In this document: positions 16,290 through 25,006 of the stretch, piece after piece
How the letters are laid out: each line of letters begins with the position of its first letter
Position numbering within the stretch: the first letter of the stretch is position 1
Origin: Chlamydiia bacterium
Lineage (GTDB): Bacteria > Chlamydiota > Chlamydiia > Chlamydiales > JBMOFD01
DNA length: 27,206 bases
Direction: 5' to 3'
Assembly: GCA_049314435.1 (NCBI GenBank)
Contig: JBMOFD010000018.1
Coordinates: forward strand, 1-27,206
Program-made: the position numbers and the translations under genes
The notes under the pieces: generated by a model
The model's input: only the letters and a program-made list of their open reading frames with translations
The model's database searches: none
Told to the model about the DNA's origin: nothing

Positions 16290-19200
16290 GTGCTGGTTCG
16301 TAACAGAGCTGTTTCCCACTCAGTTTTGAAATTGAGCAACGTAATCTCGCGACCTGCGGCGCTGGAAAACTCGCACTGCATCTGCGCACGTTCAGCGGGA
16401 GTTGTGTCATCGAAGTCGACCGCTACACCAACCAGCGTTTCGGGTGTGATCGGAATGGGATCTCCCATGCCTCGCCAGCAGTAGGGCCTTTGTTCTATGA
16501 AGGCGAGACCTTGTTCATCAAAGTCGCATCGTTGATGGAGGACCCTATTACTATGATACAGAGCTGATCGATCGAGCACCAAGGCCACCTTACCAAACAT
16601 ACCGTCGGGCAGAGTCGAAGCAAAAGCTCCTTCAAGATCACTCTCATGCGTCACCCGAATCTCCCCCGACTTCAAGATACCTCTCGCGTTTCCCTTGCAT
16701 GTAGCATGATACAAGACCCCCCCTGAGCCCGAAGGCGTTTGCGCCTTTAGCTCGGCATTCGACACCCAAGGCGATCCAACAGATGTGCCGGTCGACTGAC
16801 CTGTCACATCAGACTCCGGCCTGTCCGGACGCATCTGCTGAAAGACCTCTGAGCCCATATGATCACGAACGAGGTGATAGCCGGGCTTGTCTTCCGAGAA
16901 ACGCCTAATGAAGTTCGCTCTCACCTGACAGCTACTCTCCATGGCACAGAGATGCTGACACCGATGCCAGGCCGCCTTCAACCGATCAGCGTCATCTTCA
17001 ATGATGAACATTGGTGACTGGCTAATATGCCCAGCAAGGGTATTGATCTCTTTTTCGATCTCCTTGATCCCCGCAGTGACACCTCCAGAGTAGAGACGAG
17101 GGTGGAACGAATGCGAATGAGCCTGAGCATTTAGACCATCCTGCTCCACCGACATACCTTTCGCCATCAGAAGCGCGGTAGTTTTGTAGGCCAAATCCTC
17201 AGCGTACGTCGTTCGATGAGAGCTTAGGCCAGACCCTTCTGCTAGAGAAAACCCTTCATCCCACAAAGGCTGACCCAGAACGATCGCATGCTTCCTGCTA
17301 TACTTTTCAACCTGTGTCAGAGATACGATCGGCACCTCGTTGCCCACAGCCTTCTGAATTGTTTGAACCACAATTGGCTTATCCAGCAGGGAGTCCCGAA
17401 CCGCAACAAATGCCAGCGTATCGCCAGTCACGGGGATATGATCCCCGAGACCAATCCGATGGCCTGCTTGCATTTGTTCGATGGTGTGTACGGGCAGAGC
17501 CTCAATATTGCGAAGGCCCAAGACAAAGTCATGCCCATAATGGTGAACTGGCACTGTTGCCACGTGAGCTAAGCCGTTGGATTTCGGCTCAATCATCTGA
17601 CGCTTTACGATGTCAAAAAAACAGCTCGGGCTCGTTTCATGATATACAACACCATGCGCAAGCTCATCCAGGGAGACCCTCCGGGCTAATGAGCCCATCG
17701 AACTCTCCGCAGTCTTAGCCATGACCTGCCTCTTAGCACCACTGGTGAGTCCAGCCACAGACCCTATCCTCATGGCAGAAAGCTTGATGGGGATGGACAA
17801 TAGCGCCACATTGGCCGCATCGACCAGGGTTCTCTGAGCCAGAGCTACGGGCAGATGAGTCGACTTTTGGATTTTTAACACAAAATCGTTAATGCCTTCG
17901 TGAATAGCCTCACGGATGTGTTCAGGAATATGTCGCCAGATCTTCTTGGTGGTATGTTTGATCACCCGACCCATGGCATGGGTATAGGGATTCTGGCGGA
18001 GCTCCTCAATATTCAAGACCCCTAGCGAATCTGTGACCAAGCCAATGGCCTCCAGAGACGCTCCCACGGTTCTCAACGCAGCCGCCCCAAGAAGGCGGTT
18101 ACGCTGGTCAGGCTCGGCGTCCTTCCAAGCCTGCTTCCACAGCTGAGTATATTCGGAAATATCGCGCGAAAAGGCCTTAGCCCTCTCGATGTTGTATCCG
18201 AGAACCTTGGCTTCATCCTCCGCACGATTTCTGCGTTGCCCTACTTCGTTAAGGAATCGACGTCCAATGTCGACATAGGTCATTTCAGCAGAAGCATCGT
18301 CAGAGCTTCTCCTCACACTGGTCGGTTTACTGATCGCTACGGGACGAGCCTCATGAGAGCCGCCTCGGTCCACCAAGTCCGTTGCCGCCATCCGACTCTT
18401 GGGTTCCGAAGAGGATCGGACACGCTGCTCCCGAACAACCTCCCCTCGATTAGCCACGGTACGGGTGTCCCTCACAGAAGAGCGAACGCTCCTTCTCGGT
18501 CGGTCCGCAAATAGTCTCCGAATCGTCTCGACTCTCCTTGGACCTTCGGCAGGCTGAATGGAGTCCGCATTTTCCTTGGGAGAAGAAGCCGGTATGCTCT
18601 TCTCTTCTAAGGGCTTCCTCTCACCGACCGACTTAGACCCTAATGCACCAAAAGGAAGAGCGAGGCGCAGCCGACGCTCTCCAGAATACACTTCGATCTC
18701 AGGGAACACGGGCACGACCGAGCCCGGACGATAGGGCAGTGAGACTCGATACCCTGAGCGATCATGGGTATCCTCTAACTTGACGGACGAAGCCAGCCGC
18801 ACATCTCTGACTATTTCAGCAGCATCCAGCCTTACGCCCTCTTCTATGAGTCGATCAGCTCGGATCTGGATCTTGTCAGCCTTCCAACGAATGGGGTCGT
18901 CTGTCCAGGCCCTAGATTCCTCAAGCTGGGAGCTCCCCACATCAAACGACGACGGTGCCACAGAAAGCCGAAAGCCGGAGGAATGGCCTGAAGAAGTCTG
19001 CTGTTGGGTGTACAGGTGGGCATTGCGCGCCTCTACGTGTATTTCCTTGGCCTCAGCCTGAATCGAGAGATCCATATCGGGCGCCCGCAACTCAACCGAA
19101 CCCTCCTGGGCTTCTAATTTGCCTGCGTGCACCCTCTGTTCCGTACTTTCGCTATCAGAAACATGCACGCCTAAGCTCAATGATTGGAAAGGAAGGACAG

Positions 19201-22200
19201 ACGAGAGTGCAATCCCTGCATCACTTCCATGGCTCTGGGTCAATGTGACTGCAGGACTAGCCTTCAGCTTCTCTCCTGCCGAAAGGACAATGTTCCCATG
19301 ACGGGACGTGGCGCTGAACCCTCCCTCCAGTTCCTGGATACGGCCTGCATGCCGCACAAGATCTCCACCGACAGAATATTGCGTTGGGACTTCCTCGTGC
19401 CTCTGTGTTGAGCGGTCATACGACGACACGCCGAACTGTAAGCCGAGCTGTACCAGCGGGGCTCCTTGGATCGTATCCAAGGTCTCTACGACCGCATGAG
19501 TCGCCTCCGCCAAGATGTCCTGAGCATCCCGTGCATGGATCAGACTTCTGGCGCGAGAATAGAACGGAACATCTACCGAACCACCGAATCCCACCGTAAA
19601 ACCGCTCTCCTCCACTGAGGATTCTACACGAACGGCCTGAGAGTGAATTTCCTGAAAACCTGTGAAATGGGACGCGTTTCCGGCGGTAACCTGCACTCCG
19701 CTCTCTCGATAGACGCCCTCTCCACCTCCCTCTACCTCATACCCGCCGTGGGCCCTGATCTGCATAGGAACCATTTGCGGAGTGCGCTCAGTTCTTTCAG
19801 TTTCCGAATAGGAGATCAGATTAAAGCTCGAGGTCTCTGTAAAGGAGGTGTTCTGGTATGTGACTGCTGCCAGGTCGATGGCAGGCGCTGCCAGCTCAAC
19901 ATTACCCTTGGCGGATAGCAAGGTTCCTGTCATTTCAATCGTAGGGGCAGCTAGGCGTACTGTACCGCTTACGCTCTGTATGGAGGAGGGCAGTACCTGA
20001 TGAGACTCCTCTCTATGGTGAACATCTGTCCCAAACCATCCCCCATCCTCGTAGAGATCGCAGACCACGTAAGGCACCGCTTGCTCACGAACCGTCATCG
20101 ATTCTCTGGCCGTAATATGGAGGGGTCCTTCTCCAATCACATTAGATCCCTCAACAGTGAGTCGATTCACGGCGATCGGGGCCTCACTCTCCTGATACAG
20201 GAGCCCAGGAACCATACTCACTCTTTCCCCGCCGTTTGCAGGGTCAGGCTTCTTTGAGGAAGTCGCCTCGATGATCACATTGGCATTGGCTAAGCTCCCG
20301 TCTACGACCTCCTGAACTCGCACGGCGGCCCCTGATATCCGGAATTCCTCTAGGTCCTCGCAGATGAGATGGCCTATTTCCACCACGGTATGCGGGATAT
20401 GAGCCGCATCAGATCTGGGCTGACCTAAATCCTCTGGGAGCTGGATCGTGCTGAAAATATGAACAGTCCGCGCCAAGGTATGGAGAACAGAGGCTCGGAT
20501 ATGGCTTCCGATCGCCGCCTCTGGAGCGAGGATATGGAGGATGCGATCCGCCAATATGGCTCCTGGCGTGCGGGGATGCGCATCAAAAATGCGGCAAGCC
20601 ATCTCTAGAATGGGGACCAATCCCCTCTCTCCACGATAGCTTCCTTCCTCATACACAATGGACGGCCTACCAGGCTCCTGGTCAATCGCGTTTTGCCTCA
20701 GAGCATGGAGGAGATTCTCATCCTCCCCGGGGATATAGGAGGTGTTGTAGTGCGTCTGAATGAAATTCAGTAGCGCCATCAACTCTTCTACCGGAGAAAG
20801 AACGGGACGAATACTTCCGTCCGGGGAGCCTATAACGGTCCGAGGAGGCAGGTCGTGACCATATTGAAAGGGCAGCAAGGGCTCCAGAACATACTCACCT
20901 TCGGAAGAGATCCTGAATAGGGGATGATGGGGATCGATGTAGTCGAGGAGAGGTGCCCGCTCTGGCGGCCTCACGATCTCACGGGCTTGGTCCGGCAGCA
21001 GGACACTAGCGACTTTTCGAACGGCATCTAGCCATACCTCTGGAGCGTGTACGTTGGTATTCACCAGCATCATCTCGCCTGTGCGCAGCACAATCCCCGC
21101 AGCGCTCGACAGTTGAGAGGCCGGGCATTCAACCCGCCGATCACAAGAAAATGCTTCCCCAACTCCTTCATGCCCATCAACAGTCCACCAGGGTCCCGGT
21201 GACTTAACAGGCTGAGGACCCCAAAAGTCTGTAGGACCAAGCCAAGATGGAGACAGGCCTTCAGATGATGGCCAAGTGCGGAAGGAGATGGCGCTTCGGT
21301 CCATTTCAGATGAGATGCGCTCCCCATTGACAAAGACACCTTTCGAGGCAGAGATGTAGCTCGACCAACAGAACCCCTGGTTGATTCCATTGAGTCGCAG
21401 CTGACCTCCCATCACGTTCAAAGTGGCTGGTCGAGGCCCCCGAGATGTTTGAGCGAATGAAGCCACCAGCTCTGGGGTATTGATCTCTGTATCACCCAAA
21501 AATAGCATTTGCCCTGCGAAATGGGTCACACGCTCACTGAGGTTCAATACACTAGAGCCCTCCACCACGAGAGAACCCCCGTTCATGGTCAGACTCTTAC
21601 CCATCGGAATATTGAGAGGCCCACGAACAGAAATAAGGTTGCGCTGGCTGGCTTCAGTCGGCTGTACCCAGGTCCCCGCGTAACCGGCCAGATGACTCCA
21701 GTACGGAGGCTGCTCTGGAATTTCCGGATAATGAATGCAGGGCGCCAGATGGTAGGGTAGATCTCTGAAATAATCTCTCTCCTCAGGCGTCGCGAACTCT
21801 GCCATCGATTCGGAGAGCGGATGCCCCGACCCTGATGAAGTCCCTTGACCCTCCTGCCGCCCGCTACGCTGCGAATAAGCCGTGTCTCCAAATACCAGCG
21901 TTTCGAAATCCAGCGTCGTGGGTCCGCTGCTCACGATTTTCCCATGGAATATATCCAGGTGAGGGGTACACAGTCGCATCCCCTCCTTGGCCCGTATTTC
22001 CCCTACCATCCCCTCCGCTTCCGTCTCATCTCCTTGGAAGTCGTCGGCAAGGCGGAAACTCAACGCATAACTCCCAGTGAGATCGCGCCAACAGTCGCCC
22101 AGCCAAGCTTTGGACCAGCTGTTGGTGAGATCAAGGATTCCAGAAGGTCTTACGGTTATACTGTTGGGAGAGCTCCTAAAAGGAGCATGCAGCACCCTGG

Positions 22201-24997
22201 GCGATGCATATAGAGTGCCCTTAGGGGCATTATTGAACTCGCGCATCTTTCTGCAAGCATAGCGAGAGGCCCCCAACGACTTAGTCAGCAGGATCTGCTT
22301 GGTGAAATTCAGAACGACGAACTTGTCATAGTCAATAGGAGCCGCCCCCACATACTCCTCCCCATTCAATTCGAGAAGGTACGGAAACGTCCTCTTGGAT
22401 AAGGCATACACCTTCTTGGCACTACGAATAGACAACAGCCGGCAATCGAGTCCAGAATCCGGGATGGATTGAAGGTCATAGTTCCCTCCGACGTGGATAG
22501 CTAGGGTATTTTCAGCAACCAAGCTCCCTTGGCTAAGATCAATGTTCTCAGCAAATTCAAGAGAGTCGCCTGACCAGACCGTTCCCTGTTCGTTGGAGAA
22601 GACACATGGTGGAAAAGCGATGGAATGCAAGGATCCAAACGAGCTTCCATCTAAAACTTGGAGCTCTGCAAATCGTTCAGAGAATCTTATCCCGCAGTGA
22701 CCATAGACCGTGCCGAGGCGCAGACTATAGAAATGGGGGACGTCGCACGTGATCAAGCCTTTTTGGGATACGATACGACCATTTTCCTCAATAATGACCT
22801 TGCCGTCGTCTCCTCTAACATGAAATTCTACCTCTCCGTTTTCCACCTCAAGCGAGGCGTCAGACAAGTAGAGATGCCCAACAACATCCACCTTCAGATG
22901 GTCTTTGGCCTCTACCTTTCCTGCCCCTGAAACAACACCACTTCCATGCTCCGAGTGTAGAATGACCGATTTCCCGCTGATGACACCTTTGGAGGATGCG
23001 AAACAGCGCCCCCGTGCGTGGATTTCAACTGCACCAGGCGACCTTATGCTTCCTTCATCGCTGACCGACACTTCTCCTAGGGAATGAACCGTGACTTCCT
23101 TGGCGGCGACGTGGCCACCCCTGATAAAAAGTCCTCCTTCCTTTAGCTCTAAGGCCGTAGCGGCCTTCTTATCTGCGACTGTGGGATCGAAATGGTCGTT
23201 GGAGAAGTCGTTTACCTCTGCCCGCGCATGGAATGCCTGGCGTATCGCTTCATCCTTTAGTCTATTCGCTTCCCGAGCTCTCTCCTCAGCCGCCGCTATA
23301 ATCTCGGGGGGATCAGCTCGATGCCTCGCCTCCTCAACCTCCGCCTCGGCTTGGGCAGCCTGCTGAGAAAGTTCGTCGGCGCGGCTGTGGCTATGGTTGG
23401 CCACGGCCTCCAACGATTCTTGGGTAAGATCCACAGCCTCTTGCTGAGCCACCTCTGCAGCCTTCAGATTTTCTGAAGTTGGATTGACCTCTGATTCTCT
23501 CCGGGCTTCCGCCGCTCTTCTCTGAGCATTTTGAGCCGCTTGCCGGCTCGCTTCCACCTGCTCTGGCGTAACCTGTGCCGATGGATCCTTCAAATAGGGA
23601 TTGTGAACACCATGGCTCAGTAACGCTTGAAGGTGGCAGTTGGGTTCATGCCCAAGATGATAGGTAATGCGCCCGCCTCTTAGAGTCCCCTCTTCGGTCA
23701 CATGATGAGCCTTGATGAGAATCTCTTCGTCGACGGCTACCGAGGCCTGATTATAGAATTGCCCCTTGCTCCCAACTTCAATTTCCCTACCGATGACCAC
23801 CGCCTCTTCAAGGCCCCATACGCCATTCGGCCCTCGAAGATCGACCTTCCCTTTTGTGGTCATTTTTCCCTTTGACAGGACAACCGTGTCAGACATCGAC
23901 TCTATGAAGACATAATCTTCACCCGATACATCACCAAAAAGATTGGCTCCTTGCTGGGCTCGTAGGCTCACTCCTCCACGTGAAGAGGTGATCTTCCCTC
24001 TGAGGTCCACAGTCAGACCGTCGGCCAGCGATTCAAGAACAATAGGGCCGACTGCGGTTACCTCTCCATCCAGAGTGAGTCGCTCCTGACTCGTAATCGT
24101 GAGGGAATCGCCCGCGCGTATGATGCCTTCTGTAGTCCTAACCCAGCCTTCCGCACTACGCAGCCTTCCCCCACCGACAGCAACAATGGTGGTTCCGTTT
24201 CGCACGGCTAGGTTCCCCTGCGAAGACAGATCGAGGAAGCCTCCCGCGGTGATCAGACTCCCTTGGCCCAATCCCATAACGGACGATGTGTGAATGTGGA
24301 CATCACCGAGGCATTCCATGGCTCCGCCGATATTCCCGATGATTCCCGAGGTATCGACATCCAAAGAGCCCTTGGACGAAATTTCCCCTCCGCCATTGTC
24401 GATCGAGCCCAGTAACAGTTGCTCATCCGAGATTCCCTGACGCTCTAGACGCTCTCTCCAAGAAACTCCCTCATGGCCCCTATGTTGAACGGCAACTGTG
24501 GTCGCCTGGGTTCCTCGAATGACACCATCCCGGTTATCTAGATAGTTCCCAACGGCTAAGGTCGTTTCTTCCGCTGCGGAAATGACTCCTCCACCATTGA
24601 GGATCCTAGACGCGGTCATCGAAATTTTGGCGGCGCGTAGCTTGGCATTTTCATTGGAGATTTCATCCGCTCGGACATTACAATCGCCCAAGATATGAAC
24701 ATGATTAAACTTCACACTCCTGCTGCTCACAAATTCAAAGGAAGTGTTCAGCCTGGACGCCAGCTTATAAACGTGTGCGTTTCCATTGCTATCTGTCGAC
24801 ATGTTGAAGGAACAGTCTGTGTACCTTCGCTTGAAGGTTCGAGCGCTATTCGACACCTCGCTAAACACGACTTCGCTCTGACCGTCCTGCCGATGTGACA
24901 GCGTGATCGAATAGGGACCAGCAGACCCTTCCAGATTCATAATTTCCAATCGATACTGACTCGTTGGACCAAGCGGAGGGGTAGAAGCTGATGTCAT
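16169..24997 (-). CDS. Giant filamentous-haemagglutinin/CdiA-like protein (2942 aa) with two C-terminal ADP-ribosyltransferase-like domains
   Basis: FHA-type beta-helix repeats (ILNGGGVISA, LDNRDGVIRG, IDNGGGEISSKGSLDV); CdiA YP-domain-like segment (PLFRI..EYVLEP...SIVYEEGSYRGERGLVPIL); FHA-2-like repeats (GGWFG...SSIQSVSGTVRLAAPTIEMTGTLLSAKGNVELAA); C-terminal YHET and YHAT domains. Confidence 0.85.
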   Translation of the reverse strand: MTSASTPPLGPTSQYRLEIMNLEGSAGPYSITLSHRQDGQSEVVFSEVSNSARTFKRRYTDCSFNMSTDSNGNAHVYKLASRLNTSFEFVSSRSVKFNHVHILGDCNVRADEISNENAKLRAAKISMTASRILNGGGVISAAEETTLAVGNYLDNRDGVIRGTQATTVAVQHRGHEGVSWRERLERQGISDEQLLLGSIDNGGGEISSKGSLDVDTSGIIGNIGGAMECLGDVHIHTSSVMGLGQGSLITAGGFLDLSSQGNLAVRNGTTIVAVGGGRLRSAEGWVRTTEGIIRAGDSLTITSQERLTLDGEVTAVGPIVLESLADGLTVDLRGKITSSRGGVSLRAQQGANLFGDVSGEDYVFIESMSDTVVLSKGKMTTKGKVDLRGPNGVWGLEEAVVIGREIEVGSKGQFYNQASVAVDEEILIKAHHVTEEGTLRGGRITYHLGHEPNCHLQALLSHGVHNPYLKDPSAQVTPEQVEASRQAAQNAQRRAAEARRESEVNPTSENLKAAEVAQQEAVDLTQESLEAVANHSHSRADELSQQAAQAEAEVEEARHRADPPEIIAAAEERAREANRLKDEAIRQAFHARAEVNDFSNDHFDPTVADKKAATALELKEGGLFIRGGHVAAKEVTVHSLGEVSVSDEGSIRSPGAVEIHARGRCFASSKGVISGKSVILHSEHGSGVVSGAGKVEAKDHLKVDVVGHLYLSDASLEVENGEVEFHVRGDDGKVIIEENGRIVSQKGLITCDVPHFYSLRLGTVYGHCGIRFSERFAELQVLDGSSFGSLHSIAFPPCVFSNEQGTVWSGDSLEFAENIDLSQGSLVAENTLAIHVGGNYDLQSIPDSGLDCRLLSIRSAKKVYALSKRTFPYLLELNGEEYVGAAPIDYDKFVVLNFTKQILLTKSLGASRYACRKMREFNNAPKGTLYASPRVLHAPFRSSPNSITVRPSGILDLTNSWSKAWLGDCWRDLTGSYALSFRLADDFQGDETEAEGMVGEIRAKEGMRLCTPHLDIFHGKIVSSGPTTLDFETLVFGDTAYSQRSGRQEGQGTSSGSGHPLSESMAEFATPEERDYFRDLPYHLAPCIHYPEIPEQPPYWSHLAGYAGTWVQPTEASQRNLISVRGPLNIPMGKSLTMNGGSLVVEGSSVLNLSERVTHFAGQMLFLGDTEINTPELVASFAQTSRGPRPATLNVMGGQLRLNGINQGFCWSSYISASKGVFVNGERISSEMDRSAISFRTWPSSEGLSPSWLGPTDFWGPQPVKSPGPWWTVDGHEGVGEAFSCDRRVECPASQLSSAAGIVLRTGEMMLVNTNVHAPEVWLDAVRKVASVLLPDQAREIVRPPERAPLLDYIDPHHPLFRISSEGEYVLEPLLPFQYGHDLPPRTVIGSPDGSIRPVLSPVEELMALLNFIQTHYNTSYIPGEDENLLHALRQNAIDQEPGRPSIVYEEGSYRGERGLVPILEMACRIFDAHPRTPGAILADRILHILAPEAAIGSHIRASVLHTLARTVHIFSTIQLPEDLGQPRSDAAHIPHTVVEIGHLICEDLEEFRISGAAVRVQEVVDGSLANANVIIEATSSKKPDPANGGERVSMVPGLLYQESEAPIAVNRLTVEGSNVIGEGPLHITARESMTVREQAVPYVVCDLYEDGGWFGTDVHHREESHQVLPSSIQSVSGTVRLAAPTIEMTGTLLSAKGNVELAAPAIDLAAVTYQNTSFTETSSFNLISYSETERTERTPQMVPMQIRAHGGYEVEGGGEGVYRESGVQVTAGNASHFTGFQEIHSQAVRVESSVEESGFTVGFGGSVDVPFYSRARSLIHARDAQDILAEATHAVVETLDTIQGAPLVQLGLQFGVSSYDRSTQRHEEVPTQYSVGGDLVRHAGRIQELEGGFSATSRHGNIVLSAGEKLKASPAVTLTQSHGSDAGIALSSVLPFQSLSLGVHVSDSESTEQRVHAGKLEAQEGSVELRAPDMDLSIQAEAKEIHVEARNAHLYTQQQTSSGHSSGFRLSVAPSSFDVGSSQLEESRAWTDDPIRWKADKIQIRADRLIEEGVRLDAAEIVRDVRLASSVKLEDTHDRSGYRVSLPYRPGSVVPVFPEIEVYSGERRLRLALPFGALGSKSVGERKPLEEKSIPASSPKENADSIQPAEGPRRVETIRRLFADRPRRSVRSSVRDTRTVANRGEVVREQRVRSSSEPKSRMAATDLVDRGGSHEARPVAISKPTSVRRSSDDASAEMTYVDIGRRFLNEVGQRRNRAEDEAKVLGYNIERAKAFSRDISEYTQLWKQAWKDAEPDQRNRLLGAAALRTVGASLEAIGLVTDSLGVLNIEELRQNPYTHAMGRVIKHTTKKIWRHIPEHIREAIHEGINDFVLKIQKSTHLPVALAQRTLVDAANVALLSIPIKLSAMRIGSVAGLTSGAKRQVMAKTAESSMGSLARRVSLDELAHGVVYHETSPSCFFDIVKRQMIEPKSNGLAHVATVPVHHYGHDFVLGLRNIEALPVHTIEQMQAGHRIGLGDHIPVTGDTLAFVAVRDSLLDKPIVVQTIQKAVGNEVPIVSLTQVEKYSRKHAIVLGQPLWDEGFSLAEGSGLSSHRTTYAEDLAYKTTALLMAKGMSVEQDGLNAQAHSHSFHPRLYSGGVTAGIKEIEKEINTLAGHISQSPMFIIEDDADRLKAAWHRCQHLCAMESSCQVRANFIRRFSEDKPGYHLVRDHMGSEVFQQMRPDRPESDVTGQSTGTSVGSPWVSNAELKAQTPSGSGGVLYHATCKGNARGILKSGEIRVTHESDLEGAFASTLPDGMFGKVALVLDRSALYHSNRVLHQRCDFDEQGLAFIEQRPYCWRGMGDPIPITPETLVGVAVDFDDTTPAERAQMQCEFSSAAGREITLLNFKTEWETALLRTSTYGISLPKVWERSPTLGDTIREVAGSAGRAVRDALGSSFS

Positions 24998-25006
24998 GTG
25001 TACCGA

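Noticed and set aside
16054..16410. 118-aa minus-strand ORF as a cdiI-like immunity gene
   Set aside because: It mostly overlaps the toxin tip in another frame and the convergent ORF, and shows no recognisable features.
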